This document shows positions 26,363-34,973 of a stretch of 64,000 nucleotides of DNA, in pieces (the first letter of the stretch is position 1; each line of letters begins with the position of its first letter). The DNA comes from an uncultured bacterium (GTDB taxonomy: Bacteria; Methylomirabilota; Methylomirabilia; Rokubacteriales; DASRDR01): the NCBI GenBank assembly GCA_964463175.1, contig CAYXBJ010000112.1:1331-65330 (forward strand), given 5' to 3'. The notes under the pieces are model-generated. The model was not told the origin of the DNA. It saw only the letters and a list, made by a program, of their open reading frames with translations, and did not search any database. Both the position numbers and the translations under genes were made by a program.

Positions 26363-27550
26363 CTACTTCGAGGCCGGCAAGCGTCCCTTGAGGTTCGCGG
26401 CGCGGAACGGTCCCGGCGCCGCGATCAGGGCGCGCGCCGCGTCGACCTGGTCCCAGGTGTTCCAGAGCAGCACCCCGCGGACGCGTCCGGCCTCGAGGTA
26501 GTAGACCACGCCCTCCTTCATCGGGTCCTTCCAGTCCGCGACGGTCTCGTGCCGCGCGTCCACTTCCCCGACCGCCTCGTACCCCAGCTTGAAGAGGTCG
26601 GAGTAGAAGAACGGGAGGTGCTCGTAGCGGAGCCCCGCGCCGGCCATGTTCTGGCCCGCGACGTCGCCCATCGTGTTGGCGTTGTCCTCGTGCTCGACGC
26701 GGATGCGCTTGCCAAGCGCGGGATTGGGGAAGCTCGCCACGTCGCCCGCCGAGTAGATGCCGGGCTGGCTCGTCCGCAGCTGCTCGTCGACGGCGATCCC
26801 GTCCTGCACGGTGAGGCCCGCCTGCCGGGCCAGATCGAGCTCGAGCTCGATGCCGAGGCCCGCGACGACCGCGTCGGCCGCGACCACACCGGAGCCCTTG
26901 GTGTGCACCCGGTAGCCGCCGGCCGCCGCCTCGACTCGCTCGACCGACTCGCCCATCAGCATCGTCACGCCTTCCTGGCGGTAGTAGTCCACCAGGGAGC
27001 GGGACAGGTCGGCGGGGAAGACGCGGGCCCCCAGGCCTTGCTGGGGCACGATCATCGTGACCGCGCACTGCTGCATCCGGAGCCCGGCGGCCACTTCCGA
27101 GCCGATGAACCCGCCGCCGATGACCACGAAGCGCGCCTTGCGGTCAGCCAGCTGCCGCGACCGCCGGTAGTCGTCGAGGGTGCGAAAGTAGATGAGACCG
27201 TCGGGCGCGCCGGCGAGCCGGCGCGGCGTGCCGCCGGTCGCGAGCAGCAGCGTCTCGTACTCGTGGACGGTGCCCCGGTCATCGGTAACGCGACGCGCCC
27301 GCGGGTCGAGCGTGACGGCGCGACGGCCGAGGTGGAGCTCGGCGCCGGTCTCGCCGCTCTTCCGCCAGATGCCGTCTTCCGCCTCGCCCTTCCACAGCCC
27401 TTTGCTGAGCGGCGGCCGGTTGTACGGAGCGTGGGGCTCGGCGGCGATGAGGCCAATGGCGCCGGTCCCGTCGCGCTTCCGGATGCCGTGGGCGGCCGCG
27501 TCGGCGGTCATCCCGCCGCCGACGATGAGATAGCGGTATCGGGCCATCAT
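26363..27550 (-). CDS. FAD-dependent pyridine nucleotide-disulfide oxidoreductase (ferredoxin-reductase / AIF-like)
   Basis: Two Rossmann GxGxxG motifs (LIVGGGMTADAAA, VVIGGGFIGSEVAA). Start ATG 27548-27550 preceded by a GGAGG RBS at 4-nt spacing. Confidence 0.8.
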   Translation of the reverse strand: MMARYRYLIVGGGMTADAAAHGIRKRDGTGAIGLIAAEPHAPYNRPPLSKGLWKGEAEDGIWRKSGETGAELHLGRRAVTLDPRARRVTDDRGTVHEYETLLLATGGTPRRLAGAPDGLIYFRTLDDYRRSRQLADRKARFVVIGGGFIGSEVAAGLRMQQCAVTMIVPQQGLGARVFPADLSRSLVDYYRQEGVTMLMGESVERVEAAAGGYRVHTKGSGVVAADAVVAGLGIELELDLARQAGLTVQDGIAVDEQLRTSQPGIYSAGDVASFPNPALGKRIRVEHEDNANTMGDVAGQNMAGAGLRYEHLPFFYSDLFKLGYEAVGEVDARHETVADWKDPMKEGVVYYLEAGRVRGVLLWNTWDQVDAARALIAAPGPFRAANLKGRLPASK

Positions 27551-27720
27551 GGAACCTCCCGGGTCGCGGGCCGCCATGACGATCGCGACCCACAATAAAA
27601 CTGTACTCCCGATCCACGGGCCGCGGTGGCCGCACGTCGCTGCCGGTCAGCCGTCCGGAGCGGACACTCGTATGGCGCGCACGGCCTCGGTGACGCCTGG
27701 GCGCGACGCGCGCGCATCGG

Positions 27721-28029
27721 TCACGGCGATCGGCTGTCGAGGAGGATGACCCAGGGCTCGACGCGCGCGATCTCGAGCAGCCCGATCTGGGTCCAGGGGT
27801 CGGCGGCGAGGCGGGCGCGCACTGTGGCCTCGCTGTTCGAGTCGATCACCAACAGGGTCTCCTCGCCGCCTTCGCCCATCGGCCCGCCGAGCACGACGAA
27901 TCCCTCCGCGGCCAGGGCGTTCATGAAGCGGGCATGCGCGTCCCAGAGGACCTGCTGCCGCATCGGCCTCGCGTGATCCCACGCGGGCCCACGGACTCGA
28001 CGGACGGCGAAGTAGCGGAGCGGGCTCAC
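27721..28029 (-). CDS. YciI-like (Dabb-type) small protein
   Basis: Approximately 100 aa. Sequence pattern consistent with the YCII-related domain. Confidence 0.5.
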   Translation of the reverse strand: MSPLRYFAVRRVRGPAWDHARPMRQQVLWDAHARFMNALAAEGFVVLGGPMGEGGEETLLVIDSNSEATVRARLAADPWTQIGLLEIARVEPWVILLDSRSP

Positions 28030-28098
28030 GTCCCCCTCACCTGGCGCCTGGCGTGCGGCCGGGGCCCGAGGCCCCGTGCCCGGTAACGCGTCCGGGCG

Positions 28099-29040
28099 TC
28101 AGCCGGTCCGGCGGTGGAAGGCCGGCACGATCTCGGCGGCGAGCTGATCGAGCTGATCGAGCATCCGGTCGGGCGGGCACATCGGGCGCAGGATGAATTT
28201 CGACGCGCCCCCGGCGACGTACGCCTCGAGATGCTCCCGCACCCGCGCGGGCGGACCGAACGCCGTGCAGCACGCAAGCGTCGCGTCGTCCACGCGGCCC
28301 TTCGGGATGAAGGGCTCCGCCAGGGCGCGGGCGACGGCCGGGTCCGGATCGAGACAGTAGTAGAAGAGCGCGCCGAAGTGGTCGACGTCGATGCGGCGTC
28401 CCGCCTCGGCCGCGAACGCCTGCGTCTTCTCCACGCCGACGCGCACCTGCTCCGGCGTGATGAAGGATGGGATCCAGCCGTCGCCGAGCCGGCCCGCCCG
28501 ACGCATCGCCGCCTCGCTGTTGCCGCCGATCCAGAGCGGCATCGGCTGCTGGACCGGCTTCGGCAGGACGCTGACGCGGTCGAGCCGCCAGAACTCGCCG
28601 GCGAGCGTCACCTCGTCCTCGCTCCAGCACCGCCGCATGATCTGGATCGCCTCGTCGGTGCGGCGGCCGCGCTCGCGGAACGGCACGCCGGCCGCCTCGA
28701 ACTCCCGCGGCTGGTCGACGCCGATCCCGAAGGCCGGTAGCATGCGACCGTTCGAGAGGTAGTCGATCATCGCGATCTCGCGCGCGGCCATGACCGGCGT
28801 CCGGAACGGCGTGATGAACACGCTCGGCCCGAACTTGAGGCGGCTCGTCCGCGCGGCCACCGCTGCCATCGCCGTCATCGGCTCCGGTACCGGGAGGGGC
28901 GAGGACAGTCGCTCCGAGAACCACACGGAGTCGATCTCGCTCTTCTCGCAGAGCTCGACGAACCGCCAGAAGAAGTCGCGGCCGGCCGGCCCGTCGGGCC
29001 ACGGGCCCGGCATCACGCCGATGCGGTACTTGATGCGCAT
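28099..29040 (-). CDS. LLM-class (luciferase-like) flavin/F420-dependent oxidoreductase
   Basis: MRIKYRIGVMPGP...TIM-barrel LLM family pattern. 313 aa from ATG 29038-29040. Confidence 0.7.
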   Translation of the reverse strand: MRIKYRIGVMPGPWPDGPAGRDFFWRFVELCEKSEIDSVWFSERLSSPLPVPEPMTAMAAVAARTSRLKFGPSVFITPFRTPVMAAREIAMIDYLSNGRMLPAFGIGVDQPREFEAAGVPFRERGRRTDEAIQIMRRCWSEDEVTLAGEFWRLDRVSVLPKPVQQPMPLWIGGNSEAAMRRAGRLGDGWIPSFITPEQVRVGVEKTQAFAAEAGRRIDVDHFGALFYYCLDPDPAVARALAEPFIPKGRVDDATLACCTAFGPPARVREHLEAYVAGGASKFILRPMCPPDRMLDQLDQLAAEIVPAFHRRTG

Positions 29041-29090
29041 GACAACGACTTTAGCAGTCGGGCAGAAGCAGGTCCACGGAGGGCCCCGCG

Positions 29091-29519
29091 TTACGCGTGT
29101 CCTCGCGCGGGCATCACGCCGATCTGCTGGAGGAACCCCATGACGTCCTTCTCCGACCATTTCTCGGCCAGCTTGCCGTTGGCGATCCGGTGGATGGTGA
29201 TCGACGTCATCTTCAAGTCGTTGCCCGTCCTCGGGGCGCCAGGCAGATCTCCGGTGTGCTTCCCGATCGATGTCATCCGCGTGACGACGCGGTCCCTCTC
29301 GGCAATCTGGTCCTCGATGCGCTGATACCCTGGCGTCGCCTCCCAGAAGATCCTGAACGATTGCTTCACGCCCTCCCGCCCCGGTGGCAAGCCTGGGAAG
29401 GGAGGCGGATTGTGATCGATGTAATCCTCCGCGACCAGCTCATCCATCGCTTCCAGGTTGCTCTTGTCGATCCCGGCATAGAACCGGCGCACCAGCGCCT
29501 TGTTGGCTCCTGCAGACAT
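29091..29519 (-). CDS. SnoaL-like / NTF2-fold ester-cyclase family protein
   Basis: ANKALVRRFYAGIDKSNLEAMDELVAEDYIDHN is an NTF2-like signature. RBS AAGGAGAG upstream of ATG 29517-29519. Confidence 0.6.
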   Translation of the reverse strand: MSAGANKALVRRFYAGIDKSNLEAMDELVAEDYIDHNPPPFPGLPPGREGVKQSFRIFWEATPGYQRIEDQIAERDRVVTRMTSIGKHTGDLPGAPRTGNDLKMTSITIHRIANGKLAEKWSEKDVMGFLQQIGVMPARGHA

Positions 29520-29668
29520 CGATCTCTCCTTCTTCTCCTCGAGTCCAACTCTCACGGGTTCCGCTTGATGGAACGAGCAGGCGTCAATCGTCTCAGGCCC
29601 CATGGCGCGAGATCGCCGACCGGCCGCCGAAGGCGTCCCTCGAGCCAATCCGGCAACCCGGCGACCCC

Positions 29669-30595
29669 TTACGGCCGATTCCGAATGCCGAAGGGCACGT
29701 GGACGGACGGCGCGACGGTGGCCGCCGGGACCGCGTGCGTCTTCTGATCGTCGAAGAAGATGTGCGGGCGAAAGATCTCGAGAACCCGGTTCTTCCCGAG
29801 GCCGCCGAGCAGCAGGGTCTCGTCGACCGTGATGCCCCAGCTGCGGAGCGTCGTCACCATGCGCCGATGGGCCGGCGCATTCCGCGACGTCACGATCGCC
29901 GTCCGGATCTTGGGGAGATAGTGCGGGTCCCGCTGGACGCGCCGGCGCTCGAGCTGCTGCAGTCGGGCCATCTCCTCGAGAAGACGCTTCAGCGGACCGG
30001 CCTCGAGCGGCAGCGGCGCATGAGCATCCTCGTGATCGAGGAACTGCTGCAGGCCGTGCTCGTGGTTGACCCGCTCGGATTCGTCGCTCGCAAGCACCCC
30101 ATCGAAGTCGAAGGCGATCCGCAGCTCGGGATCCGTCGGGTCGTCCTCGACGCTCGATCCGAGCACCTGACCCGCCGGTCGCCCGTCCCCCAGAGCCGCG
30201 CGAACGTCCTCCTCGTTCGCCGAGAGGAAGAGACTCGCGTTGAACGCCGGCATGTACCGATAGGGGCGCCGTCCGGTCACGAAGGCGCCGCGCGAGATCG
30301 CCAGCTTGTGGTGCGCGATGGAGTTGAACACCCGCAGTCCGGTGTCCGGATCGTTCCGCGAGAGCAGGATGACCTCGACCGGCCGGTCGTCCGGATCGGG
30401 CTCGTTGAGGCTGAGGAGGCGGCGCACGAACGAGAACGCCACGCCCGGATTGAGCACGTCCTCCTCGTGCTCGCGCTGGTACCGGCGGTACTCGTCCTCG
30501 CCGCGCTCCCGGAACACGCGATCGGATTCGGTGAGGTCGAAGAGGGCGCTCGAGGCGAGCGCGACGACGAACTTCTCCTCGATCAGGAACGGCAA
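29669..30595 (-). CDS. Bacterial 5'-nucleotidase family (PF06189-like HAD-related) protein
   Basis: IAFDFDGVL DxD-type motif and overall similarity to the bacterial cytosolic 5'-nucleotidase family. Confidence 0.55.
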   Translation of the reverse strand: MPFLIEEKFVVALASSALFDLTESDRVFRERGEDEYRRYQREHEEDVLNPGVAFSFVRRLLSLNEPDPDDRPVEVILLSRNDPDTGLRVFNSIAHHKLAISRGAFVTGRRPYRYMPAFNASLFLSANEEDVRAALGDGRPAGQVLGSSVEDDPTDPELRIAFDFDGVLASDESERVNHEHGLQQFLDHEDAHAPLPLEAGPLKRLLEEMARLQQLERRRVQRDPHYLPKIRTAIVTSRNAPAHRRMVTTLRSWGITVDETLLLGGLGKNRVLEIFRPHIFFDDQKTHAVPAATVAPSVHVPFGIRNRP

Positions 30596-30633
30596 CGGTC
30601 AGCTCCGGAGCGGGACTGACCCTTGCGTCATCG

Positions 30634-31587
30634 TCATCGAGCCTGTGCGAGCCGCGCGGCGACGCCGTCGGGGACCGGGTAGCGGCGCGTGGCGGGGCCG
30701 GCCTTGACGAGCTGACCCGGGAGCACGCGACCCACCACCTCCTGGACGCGGCGCGACACGCCCAGCAACCGGTCGAGATCGATGCCGGTCTGGACGCCCA
30801 TGGCGTGGAGGCCGTGGACGAGGTCCTCCGTGCAGACGTTGCCGGACGCCCCGGGCGCGAACGGGCAGCCGCCGAGCCCGCCGATCGAGCTGTCGAAGTG
30901 GGTCACGCCGCACGCCATCGCGGCGAGGATGTTCGGGATCGCCATCGCGCGCGTGTCGTGCGTGTGGAGCGTCCACTCAACGCCGGGGAAGCGCGGCATG
31001 AAGCGCTCCAGGATCGCCGTCACCTGCCGCGGGTTCGCCATGCCGGTCGTGTCAGCGAGGGCGATGCCGGGGGCGCCCATGTCGACGAGCGACCGCACCA
31101 CCCACTCCAGCCGCTCGACCGGCACGTCGCCCTCGAACGGGCACCCGAACGACGTCGAGATCGCGCAGTTCACCGCCACCCTCGCGCGCGCGGCGACCTC
31201 CAGCACGGCGCGGAGCTTCACCAGCGACTCGGCGACCGTCATGTTGACGTTGGCGAGGTTGTGGCTCTCGCTCGCGGAGACGACGGTGTGGATCGCGTCG
31301 ACGCCGGCGTCGACCGCGCGCACGGCGCCCTTGTCGTTCGGCACGAGCGCGACGTAGCGCGTGCCCGGCCGCCGGCGGATCCGCGCCATGACCTCCTCGG
31401 CGTCCCGCATCTGGGGCACCACCTTCGGGTGGACGAACGACGTGACCTCGATGCGCGGGAGGCCGGTCTCGGACAGGCGGTCGATGACCTCGACCTTCGT
31501 CTCGGTCGGAATCCACTCGGGCTCGATCTGGAAGCCGTCGCGGGGCCCGACCTCGCAGATGGTGACGCGCGCCGGCAGTGTCAGCAT
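30634..31587 (-). CDS. Hydroxymethylglutaryl-CoA lyase-like (HMGL-like TIM barrel)
   Basis: VTICEVGPRDGFQ...HTHDTRAMAIPNILAAMACG contains the DRE/HxH-type metal site of the HMG-CoA lyase family. Confidence 0.8.
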   Translation of the reverse strand: MLTLPARVTICEVGPRDGFQIEPEWIPTETKVEVIDRLSETGLPRIEVTSFVHPKVVPQMRDAEEVMARIRRRPGTRYVALVPNDKGAVRAVDAGVDAIHTVVSASESHNLANVNMTVAESLVKLRAVLEVAARARVAVNCAISTSFGCPFEGDVPVERLEWVVRSLVDMGAPGIALADTTGMANPRQVTAILERFMPRFPGVEWTLHTHDTRAMAIPNILAAMACGVTHFDSSIGGLGGCPFAPGASGNVCTEDLVHGLHAMGVQTGIDLDRLLGVSRRVQEVVGRVLPGQLVKAGPATRRYPVPDGVAARLAQAR

Positions 31588-31624
31588 CCGACGTCCTCCC
31601 GAGCCCGGGGCGATCCGGGCTCGC

Positions 31625-32545
31625 TCATAGCTCGCGCGGGCAGCCCGGCGCCGTCGACCCGAGCGCGTGGGCCATCGCGCGGAGATGCGCGGGCGCGCTC
31701 CCGCAGCAGCCGCCGACGATCCGGACGCCCGCGGCGACGAGTCGCTTCGCGTAGTCGGCCATCTCCTCCGGGCTCCCGCGGTAGACGGCCTTCCCGTCCT
31801 CCAGCACCGGCAGGCCGGCGTTCGGCTTGGCGACGAGCACCGCGTCCGGGACGGCCGCGTGCATGGCGACCATCGCGGGCAGGAGCTCCGCCGGGCCGAG
31901 GCCGCAGTTGCCGCCGACCGCCGCGGCGCCGAGCGCGGTCAGCTCCTTCGCCGCCTGCTCGGGGCTGACGCCCATCATCGTGTGCCCGTGGGTGTCGAAG
32001 CTCATCGTGACGACCACCGGCACGCCGGGCGCCGCCTGGCGCACGCCCTCGAGCGCGGCCTCGACCTCCTCGAGCGCCGACATGGTCTCGATCCAGAACA
32101 CGTCGACGCCGCCGGCATGGAGGGCGGCCGCCTGCTCGGCGAATCCCTTGACGGCGTCGTCACGCTCGAGCTCCCCGAGGGGCGCCAGGATCCCGCCGCT
32201 CGGGCCGATGTCGCCGGCGACGACGGCCCGGCTGCCCGGCGCGTGCGCGATCGCCCCGGCGAGCCTCGCCGCGGCTTCGTTCAGCTCGGCGACCCGCGTG
32301 TCGAGGCCGTGAAGCGCGAGGCGGAACCGGTTCCCGCCGAACGTGTTGGTCAGGAGGATCCGCGCGCCGGCGTCCTGGTACGCGCGGTGGATCTCGCAGA
32401 TCACGTCGGGGCGCTCGACGTTCCAGCGCTCCGGGGAGTCGCCGGAGGTGAGCCCGGCCTCGAAGAGCATCGTGCCCATGGCGCCGTCTGCCAGGATCGG
32501 GCCCGGCGCCGCGAGAAGCGCCCGCCAGCGCGCGCCGTCAGGCAA
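31625..32545 (-). CDS. Homocysteine S-methyltransferase-domain protein (MetH N-terminal-like; candidate methylcorrinoid:homocysteine/THF methyltransferase)
   Basis: ILADGAMGTML...ILLTNTF...VGGNCGLGP...GGCCGSAPAHL (Zn-binding Cys triad pattern). Start is probably the TTG at 32543-32545 (8-nt overlap with the corrinoid-protein gene), so the start is low confidence. Confidence 0.7.
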   Translation of the reverse strand: MPDGARWRALLAAPGPILADGAMGTMLFEAGLTSGDSPERWNVERPDVICEIHRAYQDAGARILLTNTFGGNRFRLALHGLDTRVAELNEAAARLAGAIAHAPGSRAVVAGDIGPSGGILAPLGELERDDAVKGFAEQAAALHAGGVDVFWIETMSALEEVEAALEGVRQAAPGVPVVVTMSFDTHGHTMMGVSPEQAAKELTALGAAAVGGNCGLGPAELLPAMVAMHAAVPDAVLVAKPNAGLPVLEDGKAVYRGSPEEMADYAKRLVAAGVRIVGGCCGSAPAHLRAMAHALGSTAPGCPREL

Positions 32546-33224
32546 GGGAGCCGCCCATCTTCTCGGCCATGAGGCGCTTCGCCGTCGCGACGGCCTTCGC
32601 GGCGTCGCGGCAGTAGGCGTCGGCGCCGATCGTCTTCGCGAAGTCGGCGTTGAGCGGCGCGCCGCCGACCAGGACGATGAGCTTCTCGCGGAGCCCGGCC
32701 TCCTTGAGCGCCTGGATCACCACGCGCATGTACGGCATCGTCGTCGTGAGAAGCGCGCTCATCCCGAGGATGTCGGCGCCGTGCTCGCGCACGGCATGCA
32801 GGAACTTCTCGACGTCGGTGTTGATGCCGAGGTTGATGACCTGGAAGCCGGCCCCCTCCATCATCATCCCGACCAGGTTCTTCCCGATGTCGTGGATGTC
32901 GCCCTTGACGGTGCCGATGACGAGCGTGCCGATGCGCGGCGCGCCGGTCTCGGCGAGGAGGGGCCGCAGGACCTCCATCCCCCCCTTCATCGCCTTCGCG
33001 GCCATCAGCACCTGCGGGACGAAGAGCTTCCCGGTGCGGAAGTCCTCCCCCACGACGTCCATGCCGGCGATGAGGCCCTGGGTGAGGGCGTCGTAGGGCG
33101 TGAGCCCGCGGCGGAGGAGTTCGTGGACGCCGGCCACGACGGGCTCGACGTGGCCGCCGTAGAGGTTGTCCTGGATCTGCTCCAGGAGCTCCTCGAGCGG
33201 CAGCTGCGTGAGGTCGCTACTCAT
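32538..33224 (-). CDS. Cobalamin (B12)-binding corrinoid protein (MtgC/MtbC-like)
   Basis: DxHxxG B12-binding motif (GDIHDIGKNLV) and cap + Rossmann B12-binding domain organisation. 228 aa. Confidence 0.8.
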   Translation of the reverse strand: MSSDLTQLPLEELLEQIQDNLYGGHVEPVVAGVHELLRRGLTPYDALTQGLIAGMDVVGEDFRTGKLFVPQVLMAAKAMKGGMEVLRPLLAETGAPRIGTLVIGTVKGDIHDIGKNLVGMMMEGAGFQVINLGINTDVEKFLHAVREHGADILGMSALLTTTMPYMRVVIQALKEAGLREKLIVLVGGAPLNADFAKTIGADAYCRDAAKAVATAKRLMAEKMGGSLA

Positions 33225-33227
33225 TCG

Positions 33228-34754
33228 CTAGGCCTCGGCCTGCTGGGCGAGCCGGCGGCGCCGCCGCTCCGCCCGGTCGGAGAGCGCCTCGTCGGGCGCG
33301 CGCGTCCAGCCCTCGGGCGGCGCGAACGTCGCGGCCACCATGCCGGCGAACTCCGAGCGGAGCCGCGCGTCGACCTCGGGGGAGAAGAGGCTCGGCGCGT
33401 CGCGGGTGAGAATGTCGCGGACCCGCGCCATCGCGCGCCCCTGAGCGTCGAGCCCGCCCTTCTCGATCCACCCCTGACGGGGATCTCGGTCAGCGATCTC
33501 CGGAAGGAACCCCGTGGTGCGCATGCGCTCGAGCGTGTGCACGTGGTCGGCGAACATGCCGCCCGGCCCCACTTCCTTGATCACGTCGAGCGCGAAGTTC
33601 TCCTCGGTCAGCTCGAGGCCCTTCTGGATGCGACGGAGCATCGCCACGATCTCGTCGTCGATGACCGCCTTCGCGAAGTCGAACGACATGAGGGCGTCCA
33701 GGAGCCCCGCCATGTTGAAGAGATGATTGCCGGACAGGAGCGCCGCCACCCCGGACATGCCGGTCTCGAAGCCGGACTGGGCGTCGTTCACCTTCGCGTT
33801 CGAGAGTCCGATGTAGCCGCCGCACGGCACGCCGTAGAAGCGCGCCAGCTGCGCGACCCCCATGAACAGCATGCCGGTCTCGATGGCGCCCGGCGCGTAG
33901 GCGCCGGTCCGCATGTCGGCCACCGTCGGGAGGCTCGAGTAGATCGTCGCCTTCCCCGGCCGCACCATCTGCTCGAGGACGATCGCCGCCAGGAACTCGG
34001 CGTTCCCTTGCACCAGCGTGCCGGCGAGCGTCAGCGGCGACGTCAGCCCGGCGTTCGGCACGAGGGTCGGATGGCCGGGCAGGCCGCGCTCGGCGTAGTA
34101 GATGAGGGTCTCGGTGGAGTCGTAGTCCATGGTGAGGGGCGACACGCACGGGCAGTAGTGGTGCGTGATGAAGGGCCGCGCCATGTAGGCGGCCTCGCCC
34201 CCGGCAATGATGTGGGCGAGCTTCAGGATCGAGTCGAGCTCCTCCGGCGGGCCGCTGATGCGGATCGGCTTCCGGCAGTACTTGAGCGCGGCGTAGAGCC
34301 GCGTGGTCGAGAAGAAGGCGGGCGGCGCGTCGTCGGCGAGCGTCGAGACCGAGAAGATGTCGTAGTTCGGGAGCTGATCGACGAGCCGCGCGATGCGCGC
34401 GATGTCCGCGGCCAGCGCGCGGCGGGCGATCCCCGTCGCCGGGTCGACCATGTCGGGGGCCGAGCTGCCCGTGATCACCACCGGCGCGTCGTCGGGCACG
34501 GTGCGATCGAACTGCGGGTCGCGCGCCCGGAACGTGAACTTCGGCGGCATGCCGGCGCGGTGCTGCTCGACCACCGCGCGCGGGAACCGGACCCTTTCCC
34601 CGCCCGCCTCGACCTTGCAGCCGTGCTTGGCGAAGATCTCGCGAGCGCGGGCGTTCCGGACGAGCATCCCCACGTCTTCCAGGATCTCGAGGGAGGCCTC
34701 GTGGACCCGGCGGACCTCGTCCTCGGACAGGAACGCCGCGGGTGTCCGGATCAT
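33228..34754 (-). CDS. MttB-superfamily (non-pyrrolysine) quaternary-amine:corrinoid methyltransferase (MtgB-like)
   Basis: 508 aa with typical MttB-family blocks. Uninterrupted ORF with no in-frame amber codon, i.e. the non-Pyl clade. GGGGGAG RBS upstream of ATG 34752-34754. Confidence 0.8.
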   Translation of the reverse strand: MIRTPAAFLSEDEVRRVHEASLEILEDVGMLVRNARAREIFAKHGCKVEAGGERVRFPRAVVEQHRAGMPPKFTFRARDPQFDRTVPDDAPVVITGSSAPDMVDPATGIARRALAADIARIARLVDQLPNYDIFSVSTLADDAPPAFFSTTRLYAALKYCRKPIRISGPPEELDSILKLAHIIAGGEAAYMARPFITHHYCPCVSPLTMDYDSTETLIYYAERGLPGHPTLVPNAGLTSPLTLAGTLVQGNAEFLAAIVLEQMVRPGKATIYSSLPTVADMRTGAYAPGAIETGMLFMGVAQLARFYGVPCGGYIGLSNAKVNDAQSGFETGMSGVAALLSGNHLFNMAGLLDALMSFDFAKAVIDDEIVAMLRRIQKGLELTEENFALDVIKEVGPGGMFADHVHTLERMRTTGFLPEIADRDPRQGWIEKGGLDAQGRAMARVRDILTRDAPSLFSPEVDARLRSEFAGMVAATFAPPEGWTRAPDEALSDRAERRRRRLAQQAEA

Positions 34755-34973
34755 GACTGGCTCCCCCTGACGCGGGTAGACGCGCCCCCCGCGCTGGCCA
34801 TCCAGGGTACCAGAGATGGGGCCAGATCTTGCCTTCCGGACGAGTCGCGAACCCCGGTCCGCCGCCCGGAGTAGGTCCGCAGCCGGAGGAAATGTCCGTG
34901 CAGCCAGGTCCGATCCTCCCCTGCTAGACTGGGGCCACTTCTACACTGGGGTGACTTCCAGGAGGAGCCGACC

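Noticed and set aside
33228-34754. Checked the MttB homolog for an in-frame amber (pyrrolysine) codon
   Set aside because: The ORF is uninterrupted with no internal TAG. It is therefore treated as a non-Pyl quaternary-amine methyltransferase rather than trimethylamine methyltransferase.
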